This document shows positions 40,205 to 47,582 of a stretch of DNA of 47,582 nucleotides, in pieces (positions within the stretch are counted from its first letter, which is position 1; each line of letters starts with the position of its first letter). Below the pieces are notes generated by a model. That model searched no databases. It saw nothing but the letters and a program-made list of their open reading frames with translations, and was not told the DNA's origin. The stretch is from Candidatus Enterosoma sp. (GTDB taxonomy: Bacteria; Bacillota_I; Bacilli_A; RFN20; CAG-288). A program made the translations under genes and the position numbers. The stretch covers positions 1 through 47,582 of the forward strand of contig JBNMLQ010000003.1 of the NCBI GenBank assembly GCA_050874925.1, written 5' to 3'.

Positions 40205-41560
40205 TCAGTGTTTTGGAAGGATGATCTGGACGATGAAGATCTGGTTGTCGGTCTTGATGAGCATCCTTCCGTCATAGCGGGTTACGATTTCCTTGATGCT
40301 TTTTAGACCATATCCGTGGTATTCCTTATCCTTCTTGCTGGTCATGATGGTCTTGTCGACCATCTGGATGGAACCTTCGTAGTAGTTGTTGCTGTGGATG
40401 GATACCATTCCTTGGACTTCGCTTAAGGTGATGGATATCGTTTTTTTGTCGGTAAGCTTTTCAACGGCTTCGATGGCGTTGTCCAAGAGGTTTCCAAAAA
40501 GGACCAGGATGTCCATCTTGTCCATGAAGGACAATAAATTTCCGTTGATGATGGCTGTCAGGGTGATTCCGTATTTCTCGCATAGCAGCTTTTTCTCTGT
40601 CAGTATGGTGTCGATGACCTCGTTTCCGGTATGGAAGGTAGAATCGTAAATGCGGATGCCTTCATAGACATCGTGGAAGGCTTTGGACTGCTCTTCTTTG
40701 CTCATGGTCATGAGGGCGCTCATCTGGTGCTTCAGGTCATGCACCTTGTGATTGATGATGTCGATGCTCTGTTTGTTCTGCAAAAACTGTTTTTCTCTTT
40801 CGGCAAAGAGCATCTCGGCTTCCTTCTTTTCGATGTTGGCCTTGTTGATGCGCATGATTAGAGTCTGCATGATGATGAAGACGATGCAGATAAGTCCATC
40901 ATACATGACGGCCTGGTAATTGTAGTTGCCTTCCATCGTCCAATAGAAGACACTTTGGCAGAAGAAGGTGAAGGAGATGAGGACGATTAGAAGAACAATA
41001 TATGCAAATATGGCATATTTTGACTTAAAATCATCGATTTTTGGGAATTTGATATATTTTTTAAGCAGTTTGTAGAAAATGAAATAGTAGATAAAACAGG
41101 TGAAGATGGATAAAAGAATGTAGGGAAGGAGCAGTTGTTCTCTTTTATTGTCCCAGAATCCGATACCGATCATCTCGTTGCAGAAACAGTATTCAAAATG
41201 TTGGATGCACCATCCTAGAAGCGACCTTGAAAGAACCGTCGTCCATGATGCCTTGTATAATAGCTTCAGGGATATGACCGTCAAGGCGAAGAGGAACATA
41301 TACCAATATTTGAAGAACTTGTTCCATTGCCAGGAAAGAGAATCTGAGGAGACGATCGGAAAGTTCGTGTTCAGATAGTTTATGCCGGTTGATATCGGAA
41401 AATACAAGAAACTCATGCCGATGAAGATGGCTATCGACAAGGGGAAATTCCATTTGAATCCTTCTTTCTTTTGAATCGGCGTCCATAGGAAAAGGATGTG
41501 TTCGGCAATCAGAAGTTCGATGATGAACCTCAGCTCTTCGAAAACCTGGTAGCCTTTCAT
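40205..41560 (-). CDS. GHKL sensor histidine kinase (AgrC-like)
   Basis: Multi-TM N-terminus, H-box HDLKHQ, GNLLDNAIEA, HGYGLKSI. Confidence 0.93.
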   Translation of the reverse strand: MKGYQVFEELRFIIELLIAEHILFLWTPIQKKEGFKWNFPLSIAIFIGMSFLYFPISTGINYLNTNFPIVSSDSLSWQWNKFFKYWYMFLFALTVISLKLLYKASWTTVLSRSLLGWCIQHFEYCFCNEMIGIGFWDNKREQLLLPYILLSIFTCFIYYFIFYKLLKKYIKFPKIDDFKSKYAIFAYIVLLIVLISFTFFCQSVFYWTMEGNYNYQAVMYDGLICIVFIIMQTLIMRINKANIEKKEAEMLFAEREKQFLQNKQSIDIINHKVHDLKHQMSALMTMSKEEQSKAFHDVYEGIRIYDSTFHTGNEVIDTILTEKKLLCEKYGITLTAIINGNLLSFMDKMDILVLFGNLLDNAIEAVEKLTDKKTISITLSEVQGMVSIHSNNYYEGSIQMVDKTIMTSKKDKEYHGYGLKSIKEIVTRYDGRMLIKTDNQIFIVQIILPKH

Positions 41561-41564
41561 GGGT

Positions 41565-42287
41565 CTATTTCAAGGCTCCGATATAGCAGGCAAACGCATC
41601 GAGAAATTCTGATTTCCGTGCCCGTGAAATGGGGAGTGGATTGTGATTGCCACGGATGACGACGTCATCCTTGGTGATATATTCGATGTGCTTCATGTTG
41701 ACGATATAGCAGGAGTTGGTTCTATAGAAGCCGGGCAAGGAGAGCTCCTGGGATGCTTCTTTCATAGAACCGCGTACGACGACATCCGTTCCATTGGACA
41801 AATGGTAGGTCAGGTAGTGCTTGACGATTTCGACATAGAGGATGTCCTTTGCCTGGATGATGGCAGTCCTTCCGCAGATATCGGTCTTGATGATCTTTGC
41901 ATCGCCGTCTCTTGTAAAGCGTCGGATGGCTTTGTCCATCTTCATGACGAAGTCCGGATAGGATAACGGCTTGAGACAGAAGTCCATGGCGTCGACTTCA
42001 TATCCGTTGATGGCGTATTGGCTGAGGTTGGTGACGAAGATGATGTTGATGTCTTTGTCGGTTTCTCTCAGTTTCTTTGCCATCTCAAAACCATTCATGC
42101 CTTCCAACTCGATATCAAGAAAGACGAGATCGAAGCTATCGGAAGCTTCTGCTTCAAGGAAAGATTCTCCGGAAGGAAAAGATTCGGACTCATATGAAAA
42201 ATAGGAATTCTCCTTCTGGAATTGCTCCAGATATTTCAGGATGGAATCTCTCGGCCCTGGTTCGTCTTCGACAATTGCAATTCTCAT
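41565..42287 (-). CDS. LytTR family response regulator
   Basis: IAIVED, LVFLDIE, IIFVT, LKP, ILYVE, FYRTNSCYIVNM, PISR. Confidence 0.95.
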   Translation of the reverse strand: MRIAIVEDEPGPRDSILKYLEQFQKENSYFSYESESFPSGESFLEAEASDSFDLVFLDIELEGMNGFEMAKKLRETDKDINIIFVTNLSQYAINGYEVDAMDFCLKPLSYPDFVMKMDKAIRRFTRDGDAKIIKTDICGRTAIIQAKDILYVEIVKHYLTYHLSNGTDVVVRGSMKEASQELSLPGFYRTNSCYIVNMKHIEYITKDDVVIRGNHNPLPISRARKSEFLDAFACYIGALK

Positions 42288-42320
42288 AATTTTTTAGTTG
42301 AAAGCTTTAAAAACGAAGTA

Positions 42321-42407
42321 ATAAAGCGTTTACATTTTAGTATATATAAAGGGAAGCAAGAATTCCTCATGCTGGCATATTCGGTATTGTATCTGGCAAA
42401 AACGGTA
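42321..42407 (-). promoter_or_regulatory. Two-component operon promoter: LytTR-type direct repeat pair plus cre/LacI-like site
   Basis: + strand TGGCATATTCGGTA (42373) and TGGCAAAAACGGTA (42394), 21-bp period; TGTAAACGCTTTAT on the - strand at 42334-42321. Confidence 0.72.
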
Positions 42408-42426
42408 ACTATTATGTTAATTAAAA

Positions 42427-43215
42427 TCACTCTTCCTCATCATAGTTTCCGTAATATTTTCCGTTTTGGAATGATTCCTTCTGGTTTTCGTAGCAGTCTT
42501 TCTTGATTGCCTCAATCTCTTCCGGAGCAATTTCATAGAATTCGCCTGGCTTGAGCTTTCCAAGCAGAATGCTTCCAATCCTGACTCGCATCAGTTGCTT
42601 GACGGGATGGTCAAGGGTATCCATCATATAACGGATTTCCCTCTTCTTCCCTTCGTGGAGGATGAGGTCGAAAATGACAGCATCCTCTTCTTCACGCAAC
42701 ACTCTGGCTTTGCATGGGGCAGCTGTATAGCCTTCCTTCATGACATAGAGGCCCTTTTCCAGCCTTTCAATCTCATCTCCTCTCAGTTTTCCCTTGACCT
42801 TGACGACATATTCTTTTTCAGGTGCACTGCTGGGGTGGGTGATGAGATTGGCAAACTCTCCGTCATTGGTAAGAAGAAGCAAGCCGGTGGAGTTGTGATC
42901 GAGTCTTCCAACAGGGAAGAGCCTTCCATATTGGCCGGGAACATAATCCACGACCGTCTTTCTTCCTTGTGGATCTTTGGCAGTGGATACGACGTCATAG
43001 GGCTTGTTGAAGGCAAGGTAGACCTTTCTTTGGCCTTCTTTTTGGCTGATGATTTTTCCATCCACTTCGATTTCATCTTCCAGTGTGCATTTTTCGCCAA
43101 GGCCGACGATGATGCCGTTGACCTTGACTTTTCCTTCAGTAATATATTCCTCTGCCTTCCTTCTCGAGCAGACGCCGAGCTGGGAGAGAATCTTCTGTAT
43201 TCTTTCAGTTTCCAT
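42427..43215 (-). CDS. rluB: RsuA/RluB-family rRNA pseudouridine synthase
   Basis: S4 domain ERIQKILSQLGVCSRRKAE, FPVGRLD, GLLLLTNDG, HEGKKREIR. Confidence 0.88.
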   Translation of the reverse strand: METERIQKILSQLGVCSRRKAEEYITEGKVKVNGIIVGLGEKCTLEDEIEVDGKIISQKEGQRKVYLAFNKPYDVVSTAKDPQGRKTVVDYVPGQYGRLFPVGRLDHNSTGLLLLTNDGEFANLITHPSSAPEKEYVVKVKGKLRGDEIERLEKGLYVMKEGYTAAPCKARVLREEEDAVIFDLILHEGKKREIRYMMDTLDHPVKQLMRVRIGSILLGKLKPGEFYEIAPEEIEAIKKDCYENQKESFQNGKYYGNYDEEE

Positions 43216-43275
43216 GTTCTATATTTTTCCTTATAATCTTAACGGCTATTATTTTATCAAATGAAGGGTGACAAA

Positions 43276-43818
43276 ATGAACGATATCGATGGATTCTATC
43301 AAATGGATGCGGATGAGAACCATGTCTTCCAGTTCCTAGAAGACAATGATATTCCCTTTTCCAGAATCGACCATGAAGCTATGGTTGACATGGAATCATA
43401 TATGAAATTGGAAGAGGAATATTCCGTCTGTGTCCCTAAGAATCTGTTTCTTTGTAACAGACAGCAGACGAAATTCTATCTTCTGCTCATGAGAGGAGAC
43501 AAGAAGTTCCTGACGAAGGACCTTTCCAAACAGATTGCCTCGGCAAGGCTGTCTTTCGGAAGCGAAGAAAGACTCAAAACGATGTTGCATTGCTTCCATG
43601 GAAGTACGAGTCCTTTCGGCCTGATATTTGATAAGGACGATCAGGTCAGCCTGCTTGTCGATGACGATCTTCTTTGCCAGGATAAACTAGGCTTTCATCC
43701 TTGCATGAACACTTCCACTCTCATTCTTGACAGGACGGTATTCTTTGAAAATTATCTGACAAAAGTACATCATGAGCCGACTTTTGTCCATCTGCCAAAA
43801 GAAAACGACCCGGCATGA
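43276..43818 (+). CDS. YbaK/ProX-type prolyl-tRNA editing protein
   Basis: KNLFLCNR, ARLSFGS, GSTSPFGL, FHPCMNTST. Confidence 0.9.
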   Translation: MNDIDGFYQMDADENHVFQFLEDNDIPFSRIDHEAMVDMESYMKLEEEYSVCVPKNLFLCNRQQTKFYLLLMRGDKKFLTKDLSKQIASARLSFGSEERLKTMLHCFHGSTSPFGLIFDKDDQVSLLVDDDLLCQDKLGFHPCMNTSTLILDRTVFFENYLTKVHHEPTFVHLPKENDPA

Positions 43819-43836
43819 CCGGGTCGGAATATCCTT

Positions 43837-43913
43837 TGGTGGAACAAGCAGGGTACGATCCTGCAACCGCTCGGTTATGGGCCGAGAGCTCTAACCAGTT
43901 GAGCTATTGTTCC
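43837..43913 (-). tRNA. CAT-anticodon tRNA, probably tRNA-Ile2, with atypical C33 and T-loop ATCGTAC
   Basis: All four stems pair; anticodon loop CC-CAT-AA; CCA end; promoter TTGATT-17-TACAAT at 43956-43928. Confidence 0.88.
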
Positions 43914-44057
43914 AAGAAGCAACAAAAATTGTATACAATCCTGATGTCAAAATCAAGGAAATGACAGAAATTCAAGAAAAAAGGCGACCTTTCGGTCAAC
44001 CCTTATGATTCCTGATGGAATCTATTCAGAATCCTTTCGAATCCGCCAATAAGCTAA

Positions 44058-44133
44058 TGGTGGCTGTAGGGAGGATCGAACTCTCGACATATCGGGTATG
44101 AACCGACCGCTCTACCAGCTGAGCTATACAGCC
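44058..44133 (-). tRNA. tRNA-Met (CAT), elongator type
   Basis: GGCTGTA/TACAGCC acceptor stem, loop TT-CAT-AC, TTCGATC T-loop, CCA; promoter TTGCAA-17-TATCAT at 44180-44152. Confidence 0.94.
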
Positions 44134-44266
44134 AAAAAACAGGCGTTTGTAATGATATAACAATTCCTGTTTGATTGCAAGAGATAATTTTGCTTTTTTT
44201 AGCCAAAACCTCTCTTGGATAGACATCCCTCCTATAAAAGTATGGATTGCTGATGGGAGGATGCAT

Positions 44267-44644
44267 TTAAAACAGTGTTTCCTGAAAGGAAAAGTTCTGT
44301 GTGATTTCATCATCGATATAAGTCCATACCTTGCCATTCTTTTTGATTTTCACTGGGGATGAAAGACACTGTGGATTCTTGAAATCGTAGGCATAATAGG
44401 TTCTCTTTTCATCGGCACGGAAGATAAAATCCTTCCATTTTCCGGACTGATGCCATAGGCAATATTCCTTGGCAGAGATGACATGGGTCGAGACCAACTC
44501 GATGGTTGCGATGATTTCTGATTTCCTTGTATCGACAAGAGCGATGGCACCTCTTTTTGAAGTGTCATAGCTTCTGGCATCATAGGTCTTCTCTCCGCTT
44601 ATGATTTCTTCAAGGTATTCTCTTAGCATGATGAGTCCGTACAT
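44267..44644 (-). CDS. ASCH (PUA-like) domain protein
   Basis: YLEEIISGEKTYDARSY..RGAIAL..IIATIELV..YAYDFKNP pattern (GxKxxExR motif with D in place of E). Confidence 0.78.
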   Translation of the reverse strand: MYGLIMLREYLEEIISGEKTYDARSYDTSKRGAIALVDTRKSEIIATIELVSTHVISAKEYCLWHQSGKWKDFIFRADEKRTYYAYDFKNPQCLSSPVKIKKNGKVWTYIDDEITQNFSFQETLF

Positions 44645-44818
44645 GTTTTCAATCCTAAAAAGCCATTATACATCCTGGTTTCCGAAAGCTGGAAATGATT
44701 GTTGTTTTATTTGAAAGAGATTGGTCGGATGGTAGGACATAATATCTTAAATCCATAAATCCATTTTTGAACGAAACAATGGAATGTTTTATCAGAGATA
44801 AGGAATGGGTTTCTTTGA

Positions 44819-46243
44819 TTATTGCTTTTTGAAATATCGTTTTCCTTTTGTCTTTTTTCCGTTTGTCGTCAGTTTGTCTGTCAAGATAAGTTCCGACAGG
44901 ATTTGGGCGGTCATGGTTCTTTTCATATGGATTAATAAAGAAAGCTCGGCAATTGTTGCCCCTTCCGGGCAATTTGAAAGATAGGAAAGGATTTTCAGTT
45001 TTTCCGTGAGATGCGGGGTATCTTTTGGCAACCGGGAAAAATCCAGGCTCAATGTCGTTCGTAAGGGAGTGTTTTCGATACGAAGGTCCGGAGTGGCAAA
45101 CTCATAGGATTGGAAAACCTGAAAAATATTCGGAATACCGGTCCCGGCTCTGTCGGATACTTGCAGAATTCGGAAATAATTCATGATGTTTTTATTGAAG
45201 GGATCGCTGATTCCCCCGGTGATGGCCTGATTCAGGCCGATGGGAATGTCACCGGAATTGGTGAATGTAATCGAGTGTTTTTGCTTTTTGATGAGTATGC
45301 CCGGCAAAGAAGAAAAATCACAGTTTGTGATGGCATTGACAAGTGCTTCTATTACAGACCGCCTGATATCAGAGCCATTGAGATTTGTGATTCCGTCTGT
45401 CTTGAATGGATTGGGTAAATCTTCTGTGATTCTTTTACTGACGGCAACAAAGAAATTATATAGATTGCCGTTTAAGCTAAAGTCATCGGATACGATTCTT
45501 TTATCCCATCTTGTCATTCCTGAAATATTTTCTTGGTAATCCAAAAAATAGTTTGGGCATAGCTGCATGATATCGCTGATGTAGCCAAAGAACAGGATTG
45601 CGCCGTTCCTTAAAACTTCTTTTCCGTTGTTTGTTGTCAAAGCCCCAATCCGTAAGAGAAAATCATGGTTGCTGAGATTTCGAAAAATATTATCTGGGTT
45701 GGTATCATTCAGCCTTTCTCTATAGTCTTTCAGTGATGATTGGTCGATTCTGGTTTCGTCTATGTCAAGATAATTCGGAATAGTGTCGAAAGCAAAGCCT
45801 TTCTTTTTCAAAAGCAGGGATGCTATTTCATCTTCTGACATGAGAAAATCTCCGTCTCCTACTCTGACATAGGATTTTGAAAGATTTCCGTCAATGTAAA
45901 CAGGTTTTGCCTGTAAGGGAGCCTTTCTTATGTTTACGCGAATTACTTTTTTGCCACTCACATCAAGTATTTGAATATCACTATCCGAAATGGAACAATA
46001 GCTTACTTTGTTTTTCGAATGCAGTGCAGAGATAAGATTGGTTTTAATTTCCGTAGGATTTGACACGCCGATAATCGTATTCCTGCTTCCTTCTTTTATT
46101 CCTAAATATATGATGCCGCCTTCAGTGTTGGAAAAAGATGAATAAGTTTCATAAAGATTTTCAGGAATTTTCTTGTTGGATTCCTTCAATTCGGTTTGAA
46201 AGTCTTCTTTTAGGTAAATCAGTTCTTTTTCAAGTTCGGTCAT
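44819..46243 (-). CDS. Schlafen/AlbA_2 domain protein with HATPase_c_4 and C-terminal wHTH
   Basis: EDFQTELKES, ETYSSFSNTEGGIIYLGI, YVRVGDGD, EALVNAITNCDF, DRAGTGI; RBS AGAGG before MTELE. Confidence 0.88.
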   Translation of the reverse strand: MTELEKELIYLKEDFQTELKESNKKIPENLYETYSSFSNTEGGIIYLGIKEGSRNTIIGVSNPTEIKTNLISALHSKNKVSYCSISDSDIQILDVSGKKVIRVNIRKAPLQAKPVYIDGNLSKSYVRVGDGDFLMSEDEIASLLLKKKGFAFDTIPNYLDIDETRIDQSSLKDYRERLNDTNPDNIFRNLSNHDFLLRIGALTTNNGKEVLRNGAILFFGYISDIMQLCPNYFLDYQENISGMTRWDKRIVSDDFSLNGNLYNFFVAVSKRITEDLPNPFKTDGITNLNGSDIRRSVIEALVNAITNCDFSSLPGILIKKQKHSITFTNSGDIPIGLNQAITGGISDPFNKNIMNYFRILQVSDRAGTGIPNIFQVFQSYEFATPDLRIENTPLRTTLSLDFSRLPKDTPHLTEKLKILSYLSNCPEGATIAELSLLIHMKRTMTAQILSELILTDKLTTNGKKTKGKRYFKKQ

Positions 46244-46284
46244 ATTTAGGACACCTCTTTTCAAATCTATAATAATTGTATCAT

Positions 46285-46344
46285 TAATCTGCCGGTAAAT
46301 TAAATAATCTGTCGAAAAATTAAATAATCTGCCGGTAGAATATG
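46285..46344. repeat. Three tandem 20-bp imperfect direct repeats (TAATCTGCCGGTAAATTAAA)
   Basis: Copies at 46285, 46305 and 46325, followed by palindrome TATTGGTAT-TGCG-ATACCAATA at 46351-46372. Confidence 0.85.
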
Positions 46345-46582
46345 TAAGAATATTGGTATTGCGATACCAATAATCGCCTCTCCATGAATTTGAATTACGA
46401 TATTTCAGTCATGCAAGTTCGTTGATTTCTTGAAATTTTATTATGAAATCTGGGGGACTTTGGAATTTATCCATGGTGAATGGAAAACTCCTTTGTGGAA
46501 GGATTGTTCTCGGATATTGCAAAAAGCAAGGCGTTTTGACGGATTTTCAGTTACAATATAAGTATCTTAAGGAGATATTTCC

Positions 46583-47008
46583 ATGGAATACCAAAGATTT
46601 GGAAGTGACATCGTCGTCAGAATGGATAGGGGAGAAGAAATCCTATCTGGTTTGAAGGAAGTATGCCTGAAGGAGAAGGTGAAACTGGCCTCCATCAGTG
46701 CCATCGGAGCCGTCGATGAATTTCAGGTAGGACTCTATGACGTCGAAAAGAGGGAATATGAATCCAGGACCTACACTGGTCCCTATGAGATTCTTTCGCT
46801 TTTGGGAAATGTCACGACAAAGAACGGAGAATATTATGCGCATCTCCATATGTCCTGTTCCGGAGAAGACGGAAAGGCTGTCGGAGGACATCTCAATATG
46901 GCAAGGATTTCCGGGACTTTGGAGATGTTCATCCATGTCATCGATGGCAGTGTAGACAGGAAGGTCGATGAAGCTACCGGCCTGAATGTCTTTGACTTTG
47001 GGAAGTAG
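46583..47008 (+). CDS. PPC/DUF296 domain protein
   Basis: VVRMDRGEEI, AIGAV, EILSLLGNV, AHLHM, GGHL. Confidence 0.9.
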   Translation: MEYQRFGSDIVVRMDRGEEILSGLKEVCLKEKVKLASISAIGAVDEFQVGLYDVEKREYESRTYTGPYEILSLLGNVTTKNGEYYAHLHMSCSGEDGKAVGGHLNMARISGTLEMFIHVIDGSVDRKVDEATGLNVFDFGK

Positions 47009-47011
47009 AAG

Positions 47012-47582
47012 ATGAACAGCATTCTGATTGCTGACTATGTCCAGCCGACAAGGAACTTTTCTCTCGCCTATGTGATTTTAGACTCTCTTTTTGTCATCTT
47101 CTTTGTCTTCTTCCTCTTCTTTACGAAAAGAAAGGTGACAGGAGTCTTTTCTTTGATTGGAGGTATCCTTTATTTCTTAGTCGATTTTCTGATTTTCTAT
47201 CTGGCTACGAAATCAAGAGCCATCTATTATGCTGCCGGAAATACTGGTATCCATGAGGCAGATGCCTTGATTACGGCGTTGGTTCTATTCTGGATGTCGA
47301 TGTCCTATGGCATCACCAACTTTGCCTTTATCTGGCTTTGGCTTTCCAAAGACAAAAAGGCATTGTCTTTTACGGCTTTGATCGTCGTATGGTGGATATG
47401 CTGCCCTTTGATAGCTTCTTTTATAGATGGATTGGTTCCCGATATGCTCTATATCATGACAACCAGATCGACGGGGAAATATCACGGCGTCATGGGAATC
47501 ATCATGGTGGCAGGATACTTCTTCCTTTTGATCAAGGATATCCTTGGGAAGGAGAAGATTCCTCTTATTCGATTGTTTGTCA
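47012..47582 (+). CDS. Polytopic membrane protein, 3'-truncated by the window edge (absent from the ORF track)
   Basis: MNSILIADYVQPTRNFSLAYVILD..GGILYFLVDF..LFWMSMSYGITNFAFIW; frame stays open to the end of the window. Confidence 0.8.
   Translation, partial: MNSILIADYVQPTRNFSLAYVILDSLFVIFFVFFLFFTKRKVTGVFSLIGGILYFLVDFLIFYLATKSRAIYYAAGNTGIHEADALITALVLFWMSMSYGITNFAFIWLWLSKDKKALSFTALIVVWWICCPLIASFIDGLVPDMLYIMTTRSTGKYHGVMGIIMVAGYFFLLIKDILGKEKIPLIRLFV

Noticed and set aside
44031-44048. TTCGAATCCGCCA resembling a tRNA 3' fragment (att site)
   Set aside because: Opposite strand to the neighbouring tRNAs, does not match their 3' ends, and no integrase is in the window.
44655-44972. 105-aa ORF bridging the Schlafen and ASCH genes
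   Set aside because: Half overlaps the Schlafen gene in another frame; no RBS or recognisable motif.
46285-46344. Possible mini-CRISPR array
   Set aside because: Contiguous 20-bp period with no unique spacers and no cas genes.

Overview
Chromosomal window from a Gram-positive-type bacterium (sigma-A-like promoters, standard code with TGA stops, CCA-encoded tRNAs). Gene content suggests a reduced-genome gut/rumen Bacilli lineage, which is an inference only. Most of it is housekeeping and transport: two ABC-F ATPases, typA, pdp, an rsmF-like methyltransferase, rluB-like synthase, M18 peptidase, two MATE pumps, MarR plus MacB-like ABC, an ECF S component, ferredoxin and six tRNAs. It also holds a LytTR/GHKL-regulated pair of membrane-anchored GH3 glycosidases and two AT-rich accessory patches (about 28.8-32.9 kb and 44.2-46.4 kb). 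Best candidates for new biology: (1) a 502-aa orphan protein with two RNxxxH HEPN-type motifs and a Cas13b-like post-HEPN segment, beside a divergently promoted, highly structured RNA and with no CRISPR array; (2) an operon joining a 2-enoate-reductase-type flavoenzyme to both aconitase X subunits behind a Rex-like box; (3) a Vps4-like MIT-AAA protein with a degenerate Walker B; (4) three of six tRNAs with non-canonical T-loops. All family calls come from motif recognition by eye; no database searches were run.
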